64,000 nucleotides of DNA from Candidatus Saccharimonadota bacterium. Its GTDB lineage: Bacteria; Patescibacteriota; Saccharimonadia; Saccharimonadales; UBA10212. Under the pieces are notes generated by a model that was not told the origin of the DNA, made no database searches, and worked only from the letters and a program-made list of their open reading frames with translations. The translations under genes were made by a program, and so were the position numbers. The stretch lies in assembly GCA_013815775.1 (NCBI GenBank), contig JACDFN010000003.1, forward strand, positions 14,354-78,353, written 5' to 3'. How positions within the stretch are numbered: the stretch's first letter is position 1; every line of letters begins with the position of its first letter. Positions 42,165 through 54,227 of the stretch are shown piece by piece.

Positions 42165-45043
42165 ACGTCCTATTAGTACTGGGCGGTTTTTTAGTTTTGG
42201 CGCTGGCCGGATGCTCCTTTGGTTACTTCTATGTGCGTCAGCTGTATCGACAGCAGAAAAACTATGAGCGGGGTTTAAAAATGGTTCCACTGCTCATTCA
42301 CTTGCCACCGCCAAGCGATGATACGGACGGGGGTGGTAGAGACGCTAGGGACGTCACCGACGAGAATATTTCCAGAGCGCAGACTCTCTACAGCATACTA
42401 TCTAGTACTTTTCAGAAAGGATTTAAGTCTAAGTTTTACGGCCAGAGACATATTGGGCTTGAAATTATAGCCGCCCACGGCTCGGTGCACTTTTATGCTG
42501 CCGTACCCGTACCATTGGTAAGTGTAGTAGAGCAAGCGATTGTTAGCGCCTACCCATCAGCCCGGCTAGAGGAAGTAGCCGATCACAATATTTTTAGCCC
42601 GGTGGGCCGTATAACAGGTACTCTAGGAGGCGAACTAGTGTTAAAGGAGCACTTCGCTTACCCGATTGCTACATATCTTGACCTGAAGAGAGACACTATG
42701 CAGTCGCTTTTAAACTCTCTATCTACACTTACTAAGGAAGATGGGGCAGGGGTGCAGATACTACTACGGCCAGCAGACGGTTCATGGCGCCGAGCAGCTA
42801 CATCCGAAGCAGATAAAAAACGAGGAGGAAAATCAAAGCCCAAAGGCCTTGACAGTATTTTTTGGACAGTCGGCCAAATTTTTACAGCTTTAACCAAGCC
42901 GCCTGACAGTAAAGACGGAGATAAAGGGCACGAGCCCAATAAAGAGATATCAAGTCTTGACCAATCTGTTATTCAAGCCATAGAGGAAAAAACAAAGCAG
43001 CCTGGCTATGAAGTGCTCGTCAGGCTGGTTGCCTCTTCTAATATTTCTCATAGAGCTCAGTCTGTTTTGAATAACATTATTGCTACGTTTTCGCTATACG
43101 ATGCTCCTGGAAAAAATGGTTTTAAGTTTGTACCCGCAAAAGACATTGATAGTTTTATAACTGCTTATATACTTCGTTTTTTCCCTCAGCAAAACACTAG
43201 GAACATCCTAAATGCAACTGAAATCGCCACTCTGTTCCACTTCCCAGACCAGAAGAACATCCCTACTTCACAACTTGAGCGTCAATCTTCTAAGCAAGTT
43301 GATGGCCCCAGAAACGTACCGGAAAAGGGTACTCTGCTTGGATACAATATGTTCAGAGGTGCCAAGAAGGCAATAAAGCTAGCCGAGGCGGATCGGGCAC
43401 GACACATGTACGTTGTCGGACAAACTGGTACGGGCAAATCAACATTCTTAGAAAATTTGGCCCTCCAGGACATGCTAGAAGGCCGGGGATTCGCATTTGT
43501 GGATCCACATGGTGATACCGCCGAAAAATTGCTCTCAATGGTTCCTAAAGAGCGTACAGAGGATGTTATATACTTCTGTCCCGCCGATATGGACTATCCT
43601 TTGGGGCTCAACATGTTTGAGTACCACTCGCCTGACCAAAAAGACTTCTTAATTCAAGAAGCTATAAATATGCTCTATAAACTATATGACCCCGGTAGGA
43701 CGGGCATTATAGGTCCCCGCTATGAACATCTTTTCCGTAACGCAGCCCTAACGGTTATGGCTGACCCGGCAGGGGGTAGTTTTGTTGATATACCCAAGCT
43801 CTTCCGGGATCCGAGGTTTGTAGAGCAAAAACTAAAACACGTAACGGATCAGAATGTATTAGAGTTTTGGCGCAAAGAAATGCCACAGTCACAGAGGTCA
43901 AATGATTTTGGAGAAGTGGTAAGTTGGTTCGTGAGTAAGTTTGGTGCGTTTCTTTCTAACGAGATGATGAGAAACATAATCGGCCAAGCAAAAAGCTCAT
44001 TTAATTTACGGGAGGTAATGGACAGCGGTAAAATTCTACTGGTAAACCTAAGCCGCGGTCGTACCGGGGATCTTAATTCAAAACTGCTTGGTATGATTTT
44101 TATCATGAAGTTCGAGGCGGCAGCAATGTCTAGGGCGGATATACCTGAAGAATATAGACGAGATTTTTGTCTCTATGTAGATGAGTTCCAGAATTTTGCT
44201 ACCGATTCATTCGCTGACATATTAAGCCAAGCTCGGAAATATCACCTTAATTTAATAGTTGCGAACCAATTCACTACTCAACTCAAGGAAGAAGTTCGAG
44301 ATGCCGTGTTCGGTAATGTAGGCTCGGTTGTTTGCTTTAGGGTAGGTACAAACGACGCTGAATTCTTAGCTAAACAGTATGCCCCCATATTCGACATAGA
44401 TGATTTACAGTTCTTACCCAATGCCAATACAGCCGTACGGATGATGATTGGCGGGGTTCCGGTGCAACCGTTTAGTATGGCAACCTTACCACCCTTAGGC
44501 CAGCCAAATAAGCAGTTGGGTGAAGCCTTGAAACAGCTTTCTGCGGCTAAGTACGGAAGGCCTAAAGCCATAGTTGAGTCGGAAATATTCAAGCGAATGG
44601 CAACTACGCAACCAGAGCGACCGCAACTTCTAGGCAGGGATGCATTCACTGAAGGCTCTGGGTATTCTTTGGCGAGTCCCTCAACAGTGACCAATAGATC
44701 AATAGGGCCACCGACTGTACAATCCTCTACCGCTAAACCGTCTTTCCTTGACGAATGGCTGAGCAAGCGTAAAAAAATGGAAGCCAGCGGTGTAATCAAT
44801 AAAATAAATACTCACTCACTAAAACCAGGAACTACTTGGGATGCACGGGGTAAATCTGGACAAAACCCTTTAGCCCCAAGCCTATCTACACTCCATGAGG
44901 CAACATCAGCACCCCATAAGAAGAAAGAATCCGACACGGGGGAGCTGAAAATCCAAAGAGACAATCAAGAAAGCGTTCCGGCTGACCAAGTTAAAAGCGT
45001 TCGCATAGATAGAGAAGGAAACATAAGCTATGACAGGTCGTAG
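42161..45043 (+). CDS. Membrane-anchored VirD4/TraD/HerA-superfamily P-loop ATPase (type IV coupling-protein-like), 960 aa
   Basis: One N-terminal TM helix and a domain of about 370 aa of unknown function. Walker A VVGQTGTGKST, FAFVDPHGD, Walker B CLYVDEFQNF, and IVANQFTTQL. The C-terminal ~200 aa are low-complexity. Confidence 0.65.
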   Translation: MNVLLVLGGFLVLALAGCSFGYFYVRQLYRQQKNYERGLKMVPLLIHLPPPSDDTDGGGRDARDVTDENISRAQTLYSILSSTFQKGFKSKFYGQRHIGLEIIAAHGSVHFYAAVPVPLVSVVEQAIVSAYPSARLEEVADHNIFSPVGRITGTLGGELVLKEHFAYPIATYLDLKRDTMQSLLNSLSTLTKEDGAGVQILLRPADGSWRRAATSEADKKRGGKSKPKGLDSIFWTVGQIFTALTKPPDSKDGDKGHEPNKEISSLDQSVIQAIEEKTKQPGYEVLVRLVASSNISHRAQSVLNNIIATFSLYDAPGKNGFKFVPAKDIDSFITAYILRFFPQQNTRNILNATEIATLFHFPDQKNIPTSQLERQSSKQVDGPRNVPEKGTLLGYNMFRGAKKAIKLAEADRARHMYVVGQTGTGKSTFLENLALQDMLEGRGFAFVDPHGDTAEKLLSMVPKERTEDVIYFCPADMDYPLGLNMFEYHSPDQKDFLIQEAINMLYKLYDPGRTGIIGPRYEHLFRNAALTVMADPAGGSFVDIPKLFRDPRFVEQKLKHVTDQNVLEFWRKEMPQSQRSNDFGEVVSWFVSKFGAFLSNEMMRNIIGQAKSSFNLREVMDSGKILLVNLSRGRTGDLNSKLLGMIFIMKFEAAAMSRADIPEEYRRDFCLYVDEFQNFATDSFADILSQARKYHLNLIVANQFTTQLKEEVRDAVFGNVGSVVCFRVGTNDAEFLAKQYAPIFDIDDLQFLPNANTAVRMMIGGVPVQPFSMATLPPLGQPNKQLGEALKQLSAAKYGRPKAIVESEIFKRMATTQPERPQLLGRDAFTEGSGYSLASPSTVTNRSIGPPTVQSSTAKPSFLDEWLSKRKKMEASGVINKINTHSLKPGTTWDARGKSGQNPLAPSLSTLHEATSAPHKKKESDTGELKIQRDNQESVPADQVKSVRIDREGNISYDRS

Positions 45044-45053
45044 GACCTAGACT

Positions 45054-45614
45054 TTATTTCTTATGTAGTCTTTTTAACAATAGCTCTATAATCCATCCCG
45101 TACCGAATCCCGCTGCAAGCAAGAGGATAAACACACTGAAATTGTAATTATAACCATAGTGCTTAGTCAGATAGTAGTAGACTGTGCTACCTACTAACGC
45201 CATGATGCCACCGCCCAAAATACCAGATGGTCTTCCTATAGTTGTGGCAGTTATTTCGCTGGCTTTTTCTACTACTGGCTGATGCATAAACTTGCTTATG
45301 GGTTTCTGAAACGGGTTCAGATTTTTCTGCGCTCTGCCTAAAAGGCGATTATAGGCCATGGTTTTTAGTTCCTTGCTCACATAAGCCTGATCTGATAGCT
45401 GGGGTTGCTTTTCATCATCATCGATTATTATGTGTTCACTTTTCTCGGCTTCTTTATTGGCGGCCTCTCTTATAGATTCAATCTTGTGCTTATTTTCATG
45501 CACAGTACCTTGAATCTCGGGGGAGGTGTCTATTTTCTCCGAGCTATGATCGGGACCATGTTCTTCCGGGTGATAAATCTCTGCATTGCCAGGTAAGTTT
45601 AATTTTTCACTCAT
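45054..45614 (-). CDS. Membrane protein with an acidic N-terminal half and two C-terminal TM helices
   Basis: 186 aa. The start lies 1 nt after the stop of the upstream LPXTG gene, and a G6 tract serves as the SD. Confidence 0.5.
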   Translation of the reverse strand: MSEKLNLPGNAEIYHPEEHGPDHSSEKIDTSPEIQGTVHENKHKIESIREAANKEAEKSEHIIIDDDEKQPQLSDQAYVSKELKTMAYNRLLGRAQKNLNPFQKPISKFMHQPVVEKASEITATTIGRPSGILGGGIMALVGSTVYYYLTKHYGYNYNFSVFILLLAAGFGTGWIIELLLKRLHKK

Positions 45615-45615
45615 C

Positions 45616-47592
45616 CTACATCCCCCCGCCTAAAGTGTATTCGGCTTTTATAACTTCCAATTCACGGATCATGATTCTACTCCGAGCGAATAAATAGCCT
45701 GCAACTACTGCTACGGATCCTGCGATCGCTAAAGTGGTGCCGGGTCCAGTGTTGGGTAGGCTAGTAGAGGCGCTCTGCGCTACAGTCTTAACAATTGGAC
45801 AATCAACGCTCATTGTCACTTCGTTACCATAGTCATTAGATATGGCGCAGTTATAGTCAGGAGAAAGACTTGAGGGACTGTTGGTGGATGGAATTATCTC
45901 CTTAATCTTAACCCGAATGGTCTTTACTTCTGAACTGTTAGCTTTCAAATTCAGGGTAGTCCACTTGAGATGGTTCTGAGAATCAAGCACTAAGCCTTGA
46001 TTAGACAACTCTGAATGATCTATTAGCTCGGCATATTGCAAGACATCACCAAAGTAATCATCACCTTGGTAGTTTCGATAGTCACTGGATGTGACATTCT
46101 TTGTAGTTAATTTAAATTCTATAATGTCGCCGCTTTTCACTGAAGTCCCATCGGCATTACTAACCTTTTGTGTGACGTTTGTAACTGCTTTAGATAAATT
46201 TACTCTGGGTTCTTCAGCTATGATGACTTGAGTAGGGCAAGGACCAGTTTGTTGTGTTGGTCCTCCGTCGCTAGTAATTTCAGCGTATACCAATATTTTG
46301 TGGTTGCCAGCAGTTAGGTTGCTAATTTGTTTGTCGTAAGGAGTGGCAGAAGTATTATCGCGGTAGTCAAAGGTCCCGTTGCCATCAATATCGTAGAGAT
46401 AGCCAACGACCCTAGCTCCATTTTGGACGTATGCTTCAGTTCGAATAATTACTTCTCTGTTTGAACCGCTAGCCAAGGAGGTAGAAGCTACACAATACCC
46501 GCTTGGAGTAGCAGTTGTGGGGGGTGGCGGGTTTGGTGCAACAGTGGGGTTAGGGCTGGGTGTTGGGGTAGGTACCGGTGCAGGTGCAGGCGTGGGTTTA
46601 GGGGAGGTTTTGGGTAATGGCTCTCTTATAACAGTAATACAAGGAGCAGCCGATGATTTATTACCAGTTTGGGTTGAGCTAATGACAGCACTATTGCAAA
46701 TAATAGTATTATTGCGCGTATTTGCCCGAACCTTTACAGAAAGGTTACTTACGTACGGAGATGATCTATAGCCTAGCTCTCCGCTCCGCTTTATAGTCAA
46801 GGTATTTCCACTACGGCTCGATAAATCGTCTAAAGATACGAATTCAAAGTTAGGGTTTAGGTTATCAGTCAGCTTAAACCCGGTAGCCAGTGAATCCTCT
46901 CTCTCATTTTGGTACTCAATTCGGAATCTAACAACCTCACCAGGCTTAACTCTGGAAGCTGTTAGAAGCGTTTTATTAACAGTTAGTTTTGGCTTAGGAG
47001 GGGTGGGCAAATAAGGGCGATCAAATGTAGGATTACCGCAAGTCTGCAGTATCCAAAAACTTACTCCAAACTGGTTCTTACCTTGAAAGGCCGCATAACT
47101 ACTAGAGGGCCCAGTATCCCATGCCCTAAGTGGCCGCTGATAAACAATGTTGCCACTAGCGTTTACGGTTCGTTCTCCCCATTTTGTACTGCTGATTCCG
47201 AAAGATGTTAGCGGTAATCTACCGGTGCTCCACCAATTGCGGCTAGTCGATTTGATAGTAGCGTTAGGTTTCTCGCCGGGAATAGCCGCAATGTTAGCTC
47301 TCTTAATACCGAATTTTTCATAGATAGCTCGAATATTACCGGTGTTATTGTCCCAAGCTTGCAGCAAGCTAGATTTAGTAGTTATCCCGTTTATGATGTC
47401 ATTTGGGGAGGCAGCTAACGAATTCTGAGCAGGGTATTGTGCAGCAACAATCTGGACTAACAGGGATAGTATAACCATTATAAAGCCCAATCTTCGAAGT
47501 GCAGCTTCGCCTCGTAAACGATGCGAATAGAAGTTTATCTGTTCAACTAAACTGGGGTTAAATGGTAAATTTGCGAGTATTTTTTTGAACAT
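45616..47592 (-). CDS. LPXTG-anchored surface protein with DUF11-like repeat domains and a Pro/Thr-rich stalk
   Basis: N-terminal signal/anchor. VKPGEVVRFRIEYQN-type DUF11 motif. Linker PKPTPAPAPVPTPTPSPNPTVAPNPPPP. C-terminal LPNTG plus a hydrophobic stretch plus ARSR. Confidence 0.75.
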   Translation of the reverse strand: MFKKILANLPFNPSLVEQINFYSHRLRGEAALRRLGFIMVILSLLVQIVAAQYPAQNSLAASPNDIINGITTKSSLLQAWDNNTGNIRAIYEKFGIKRANIAAIPGEKPNATIKSTSRNWWSTGRLPLTSFGISSTKWGERTVNASGNIVYQRPLRAWDTGPSSSYAAFQGKNQFGVSFWILQTCGNPTFDRPYLPTPPKPKLTVNKTLLTASRVKPGEVVRFRIEYQNEREDSLATGFKLTDNLNPNFEFVSLDDLSSRSGNTLTIKRSGELGYRSSPYVSNLSVKVRANTRNNTIICNSAVISSTQTGNKSSAAPCITVIREPLPKTSPKPTPAPAPVPTPTPSPNPTVAPNPPPPTTATPSGYCVASTSLASGSNREVIIRTEAYVQNGARVVGYLYDIDGNGTFDYRDNTSATPYDKQISNLTAGNHKILVYAEITSDGGPTQQTGPCPTQVIIAEEPRVNLSKAVTNVTQKVSNADGTSVKSGDIIEFKLTTKNVTSSDYRNYQGDDYFGDVLQYAELIDHSELSNQGLVLDSQNHLKWTTLNLKANSSEVKTIRVKIKEIIPSTNSPSSLSPDYNCAISNDYGNEVTMSVDCPIVKTVAQSASTSLPNTGPGTTLAIAGSVAVVAGYLFARSRIMIRELEVIKAEYTLGGGM

Positions 47593-47744
47593 TAAGATAT
47601 GCTCGACTTTATTAATGGTTTGTAGGCTTATTTAAACATGAATACATGTGTTCAGACAAGGTCTAAACAGGTTGTTATTTGAAGTGTAACCTTCTATAAT
47701 AAGAGGTGATAGAGAACAAATTATAAAAGTGAGGGACAGCCGCG

Positions 47745-49706
47745 GTGAGCAAAACAAAACCACAGGCCTATGATGCCAGTCAAATTCAAGTCTTAGAGGG
47801 TTTAGAGCCAGTCCGTAAACGACCGGGCATGTATATCGGCAGTACTGGTATTGAAGGCCTGCATCACATGATAAAAGAGCTGGCTGATAATGGTATTGAC
47901 GAGGTTATTGCCGGTGAAGCTACTTTGCTTGAAGTTATTCTACATGCCGACGGTGGAGCTACTGTTATCGACAACGGTCGAGGTATCCCAGTTGAAACCC
48001 ACCCTAAAACTGGAAAAAGCACCCTTGAAACAGTTTTAACTGTTCTTCATGCCGGTGGTAAGTTCGGCTCTGGTGGCTACAAGGTCTCTAGTGGCCTACA
48101 CGGCGTAGGTTCAAGCGTAGTCAATGCTCTCTCAACTAAGCTGGTAGCTACTGTTGCTCGGGATGGATATTATTGGACTCAAGAATATGAGCGCGGTGCA
48201 CCAAAAAGCGATATACAAAGGGGCGAGAAAGCCAATGGAACGGGTACTACAATTAAGTTTTACCCCGATGATACTATTTTTGAGACGGTTGTTTTTAATT
48301 ATGATTGGGTAATAAATTACCTTAGGCATCAGGCTTACTTGACAAAGGGGGTAAAGGCTACAGTATTTGATGAGCGGACTAGTGCCGGTTATGCCTTTTA
48401 TTTCGAGGGTGGGATTGAATCATACGTTCGGCATTTAAATAGCGGCAAAGAAGCCATAGATGATGAAATATTCTACGTCGATAAAGAGATAGGGGATGGT
48501 GTTGTTGAGATTGCAATGCAATATAGCGATGCTTATTCCGAAACCGTAATGCCGTTTGCGAACAACGTCCACAACCCAGACGGGGGCTCCCATCTTACGG
48601 GCTTCAGGACCGCTCTCACCAGAGTCGTGAACGACTATGCTAGAAAAAACGGGTTAATAAAAGAGAAAGAAGAAAATCTAACTGGCGAAGATTGCAGAGA
48701 AGGCCTTACAGCGGTAATCCTGGTTAAAATTCCTGATCCTCAATTTGAAGGTCAAACCAAAAACAAGCTCGGTAACCCCGAAGTTAGAGGTTACGTAGAG
48801 CAGGTAATGAACGAGTGGTTCAACTATTACCTAGAGGAACATCCCGCTGTAGCTCGTAGGATAGTTAACAAGGCTCTGCTTGCCGCTCGCGCTCGCAAAG
48901 CTGCAAGGGCAGCGCGTGATAATATAATCCGAAAGGGTGCCCTTGAGGGTTCGACATTGCCGGGTAAGCTGTCTGACTGCGCTACTAAAGATCGTAGCGA
49001 AGCAGAATTATTTATAGTTGAGGGAAAAAGTGCCGGTGGATCGGCCAAAGATGGCCGTAACAGCCATTTTCAGGCCATTCTGCCGCTTAGGGGAAAGGTA
49101 CTTAATGTTGAACGCGCTCGGCTGGATAAAATGCTAGGGAACGAGGAAATCGTCAACCTTATCAAGGCAATGGGAGTGGGTATTGATGAGCAGTTCAACA
49201 TAGAGGGTCTTCGTTACGATAAAGTTGTTATCATGACGGATGCTGATGTTGACGGAGCACACATTAGTACTCTCTTACTTACTTTATTCTTCCGACACAT
49301 GGTATCGGTTATAGAGGGAGGACACTTATACATCGCACAACCACCCCTATATGCAATCGGCTCCGGTAAAAAGAAGGACTACGCTTACTCGGATTTAGAG
49401 CGCGACGGAATGATAGATAAGTTGATTGCGGACCGTCGAGAAAAAGGCCACAAAATAAACTCCGATGACGACCGTATTAAACAAGCAGGAGTATCCATGC
49501 AACGCTATAAAGGTTTAGGAGAGATGGACGCCGACCAACTATGGGAGACTACAATGGATCCTGATAAAAGGGTTCTTCTTCAGATCAAGGTAGAGGATGC
49601 CGAAAAGGCCGATACTATATTTAGTAAGCTAATGGGAACAGAGGTAGAGCTGCGTAAAAACTTTATTCAGACCCACGCAAAATTCGTAAAGGACTTGGAT
49701 ATTTAA
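47745..49706 (+). CDS. gyrB: DNA gyrase subunit B
   Basis: [29 protein letters not shown], the Toprim EGKSAGGSA motif and [13 protein letters not shown] start. Confidence 0.97.
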   Translation: MSKTKPQAYDASQIQVLEGLEPVRKRPGMYIGSTGIEGLHHMIKELADNGIDEVIAGEATLLEVILHADGGATVIDNGRGIPVETHPKTGKSTLETVLTVLHAGGKFGSGGYKVSSGLHGVGSSVVNALSTKLVATVARDGYYWTQEYERGAPKSDIQRGEKANGTGTTIKFYPDDTIFETVVFNYDWVINYLRHQAYLTKGVKATVFDERTSAGYAFYFEGGIESYVRHLNSGKEAIDDEIFYVDKEIGDGVVEIAMQYSDAYSETVMPFANNVHNPDGGSHLTGFRTALTRVVNDYARKNGLIKEKEENLTGEDCREGLTAVILVKIPDPQFEGQTKNKLGNPEVRGYVEQVMNEWFNYYLEEHPAVARRIVNKALLAARARKAARAARDNIIRKGALEGSTLPGKLSDCATKDRSEAELFIVEGKSAGGSAKDGRNSHFQAILPLRGKVLNVERARLDKMLGNEEIVNLIKAMGVGIDEQFNIEGLRYDKVVIMTDADVDGAHISTLLLTLFFRHMVSVIEGGHLYIAQPPLYAIGSGKKKDYAYSDLERDGMIDKLIADRREKGHKINSDDDRIKQAGVSMQRYKGLGEMDADQLWETTMDPDKRVLLQIKVEDAEKADTIFSKLMGTEVELRKNFIQTHAKFVKDLDI

Positions 49707-49710
49707 TCCC

Positions 49711-52260
49711 ATGAACGACGAGCCAAAAATCCAACCAGGTGAGCTAGAACAGCCAAATAACCCTCCCACTACTAATAACTTCGTCCGTAGTGTAGAAAGT
49801 GAGATGGAGCAACGCTATCTACAATACTCCATGAGCGTCATTGTAGCCCGCGCTCTTCCAGATGTAAGGGACGGTTTAAAGCCAGTTCATCGCCGGATCT
49901 TATTCGTTATGGATAAGAATAACCTCCGCTCCACTAGCAAGCACATCAAGAGCGCCCAGATAGTAGGTGAAGTGATGGGTAAATACCACCCTCACGGTGA
50001 CACTGCAATCTATGATGCCATGGTGAGGCTAGCCCAACCTTTCTCAACACGCTATCAACTAGTGGATGGCCAGGGTAACTTTGGCTCTATGGACGGAGAC
50101 CCGGCAGCAGCATACCGATACACAGAGGCTCGTATGACTAAAGCTAGTGAAGCGCTTCTCGAAGATCTTGATAAAGAAACTGTTCCATTCCGCGATAACT
50201 TCGATGGATCTTATCAAGAACCAGAAGTCCTCCCTGCAAAGCTTCCCAACCTGCTATTAAACGGTCAAATGGGCATCGCTGTTGGAATGGCTACCAATAT
50301 TCCGCCCCATAATCTAAATGAGATTATCGACGCTACAGTTCACCTGATTGATAATCCCACAGCAACGGTGGAAGACCTACTGGAGTTCGTAAAAGGACCA
50401 GACTTTCCAACTGGTGGAATAGTTTATGGGCGTGAATCAATCCGATCGGCATTTACAACAGGCAGAGGGGGAGTAGTAGTCAGAGGAGTGGCCAATATTG
50501 AAGAGGGCGCCAAGGGTAGACAGCGGATTGTAGTGACCGAAATTCCTTACGCTGTTAATAAAGCTTCTCTCGTTGAGCGAATTGCAGATTTGTATAGGGA
50601 TAAAAAAATAACCGGTCTCTCTGATCTTCGAGATGAAAGCTCTAAGGGGCTGGTTCGTATAGTTATTGAGCTCAAAAAAGACGCATACCCCAAGAAATTA
50701 CTGAACCAGCTATATAAAATGACTCCTCTACAGACGAGCTTCCACTACAACATGTTGGCATTAGTTGACGGTATTCAACCCCGGGTACTTGGCCTGGCAG
50801 ATATTCTTACCGAATACATAAAACATCGACAGTCGGTGGTGCGTCGGCGCACCGAGTTTGAGCTAAGAAAAGCCAAGGAGAGAGCTCATATCTTAGAAGG
50901 CCTTAAAATTGCTCTAGATAATATAGATGAAGTTATTAAGACTATTCGGGCCAGTCAAACTAGCGAGGAAGCTCAGAATAATCTTATAAAGACGTTCAAG
51001 CTAACTCCTATTCAAGCACAAGCCATACTTTCCATGCAGCTCCGCAAGCTTACCGGTCTAGAGCGCAAAGAGATTGAGACTGAACTCCAAAACTTACTAG
51101 TACTTATTTCAAAGTTAGAGGATATATTGGCTAGTGAGCAAAAGATTTTGAAGATAATTAAGGCCGAATTACTGGCTATGAAAGAGCAATTCGGCGATGA
51201 GCGTAGGACCAAAGTGGTACCGCACGAGCTAGGTAAAATGAGTGACGAGGACCTTGTTCCTGACGAGCAGGTTGTTGTTACGCTTACATCGGCAAACTAT
51301 ATAAAGCGTACTTCAATCGCTGACTACAAGAGACAAGGGCGGGGCGGTAAAGGACGAAGGGGAATGGTCACACGCGAAGAAGACGTGATTGAACATGTTG
51401 TAAATGCCTCTACGCATGATTTTCTATTATTCTTCACGAACAAAGGAAGAGTGTTCAGAATGAAAACATATGAAGTTCCAGCTGTTGGTCTTAGCGCCAA
51501 AGGTATTGCCATTGTTAATTTACTTCAACTTCAGCCTGAGGAAAATGTTAGTTCGGTGATTAATGTCAGTAAAAAAGGCTCGGAAAGCGGGAACCTTTTG
51601 ATGTGTACCGTTCGCGGCGTGGTCAAGAAAACCCCCTTTGAGCAGTATCAGAATGTACGGGCTACCGGACTGATTGCCATCAAGTTGGACGAAGGCGATG
51701 AGTTAAAGTGGATACGCATGACTACCGGCCAGGACGAGGTTATTATTTCAACCTCACACGGCCAAGCTATTCGTTTTCATGAGAAAGATGCCAGGCCTAT
51801 GGGCCGAGCATCCAGAGGTGTTAGGGGCATAAGACTACGAGCAGGAGATAGTGTGATAGGGATGGATATAGTCGAAAAAGACTCGTCACTATTCGTTATT
51901 AGTGAGTTTGGTTACGGTAAGCGTACTAAAGTTAGTCAGTTCACGGCTCACGCGAGAGGGGGAGTTGGCATACGCTCCGCGGTAGTTAATAAGAAGACCG
52001 GCCCACTGATTGGAGTTAAAACTCTAGCTGGCCTTGACCAAGAAGTTATTATTATTTCGGCTCAAGGTCAGACAATTCGACTAGGCCTTAAAAACATTCC
52101 AAGTCTAGGGAGGGCTACCCAGGGGGTACGTATAATGCGCTTAAATGATAAAGACAGGGTAGTATCCCTAGCTCTAGTTGAAAAAATTATTGAAGTCGAA
52201 GAAGAAACCGAGACGGGTGAACCGGCCGTAGAAACTAAAGGCAAAAAAGCCACCAAATAA
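49711..52260 (+). CDS. gyrA: DNA gyrase subunit A
   Basis: [26 protein letters not shown], the QRDR segment [17 protein letters not shown], and the active-site [11 protein letters not shown]. Confidence 0.97.
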   Translation: MNDEPKIQPGELEQPNNPPTTNNFVRSVESEMEQRYLQYSMSVIVARALPDVRDGLKPVHRRILFVMDKNNLRSTSKHIKSAQIVGEVMGKYHPHGDTAIYDAMVRLAQPFSTRYQLVDGQGNFGSMDGDPAAAYRYTEARMTKASEALLEDLDKETVPFRDNFDGSYQEPEVLPAKLPNLLLNGQMGIAVGMATNIPPHNLNEIIDATVHLIDNPTATVEDLLEFVKGPDFPTGGIVYGRESIRSAFTTGRGGVVVRGVANIEEGAKGRQRIVVTEIPYAVNKASLVERIADLYRDKKITGLSDLRDESSKGLVRIVIELKKDAYPKKLLNQLYKMTPLQTSFHYNMLALVDGIQPRVLGLADILTEYIKHRQSVVRRRTEFELRKAKERAHILEGLKIALDNIDEVIKTIRASQTSEEAQNNLIKTFKLTPIQAQAILSMQLRKLTGLERKEIETELQNLLVLISKLEDILASEQKILKIIKAELLAMKEQFGDERRTKVVPHELGKMSDEDLVPDEQVVVTLTSANYIKRTSIADYKRQGRGGKGRRGMVTREEDVIEHVVNASTHDFLLFFTNKGRVFRMKTYEVPAVGLSAKGIAIVNLLQLQPEENVSSVINVSKKGSESGNLLMCTVRGVVKKTPFEQYQNVRATGLIAIKLDEGDELKWIRMTTGQDEVIISTSHGQAIRFHEKDARPMGRASRGVRGIRLRAGDSVIGMDIVEKDSSLFVISEFGYGKRTKVSQFTAHARGGVGIRSAVVNKKTGPLIGVKTLAGLDQEVIIISAQGQTIRLGLKNIPSLGRATQGVRIMRLNDKDRVVSLALVEKIIEVEEETETGEPAVETKGKKATK

Positions 52261-52281
52261 ATCAATAGTTTGTTGCTTATG

Positions 52282-52327
52282 CTACATCAATATTGAGTTG
52301 ACTACCCCTGAATTTATGCGCTATACT
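52282..52327 (+). promoter_or_regulatory. 16S rRNA promoter
   Basis: CTACATCA-N8-TTGACTACCCCTG with the -35 box at 52298-52303, an 18-nt spacer, then TATACT (52322-52327). The 29-nt upstream/-35 block is repeated at 57866-57894. Confidence 0.6.
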
Positions 52328-52503
52328 TGGTCTAGCTTTAAGGGTGCCTGTTTTTGAGTGTTATAAAACTACTTAAAAAGACACAAAGAAAGAGAACAGG
52401 GCCAGTTCGCTAAAAACGTAGCGAGCCTATCCCTTTAAGCGTTCATTGAAAATTAAGTAGTGCAAATCAACGTCAGTTCAAATCTGAAGTTAAAATCAGA
52501 TTC

Positions 52504-53974
<1,471 letters not shown>

Positions 53975-54134
53975 TAGGGAGAACACTAGCATCAATCGTG
54001 GCAACACATTGAGAGCTAGGTCGATATCGATAAACTTTTACCAGTACTGAAGAGTTTATTCTCCACTTCGGTGGACGATACACAGTACTAAAATATGACT
54101 GACGTTGAGATGCACTACTCAGAGTTTAATACTC

Positions 54135-54162
54135 AAAACCGCCTGTAAGGGCGGTTTTGTAG
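54135..54162 (+). terminator. Intrinsic terminator closing the 16S transcription unit
   Basis: AAAACCGCC-tgtaag-GGCGGTTTT followed by GT. Confidence 0.65.
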
Positions 54163-54227
54163 TTAACGACGCATCGTTTATAGATATAGCTATTGTCTTT
54201 TATCTCTACTTATGTCATAGTCTATAA

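Noticed and set aside
45622-45627. G6/C6 homopolymer at the end of the LPXTG gene, and the T8 run at 41404-41411, as phase-variation switches
   Set aside because: The G6 tract encodes the terminal GGG residues and doubles as the SD for the next gene. Both runs are short for slipped-strand switching. There is no supporting evidence.
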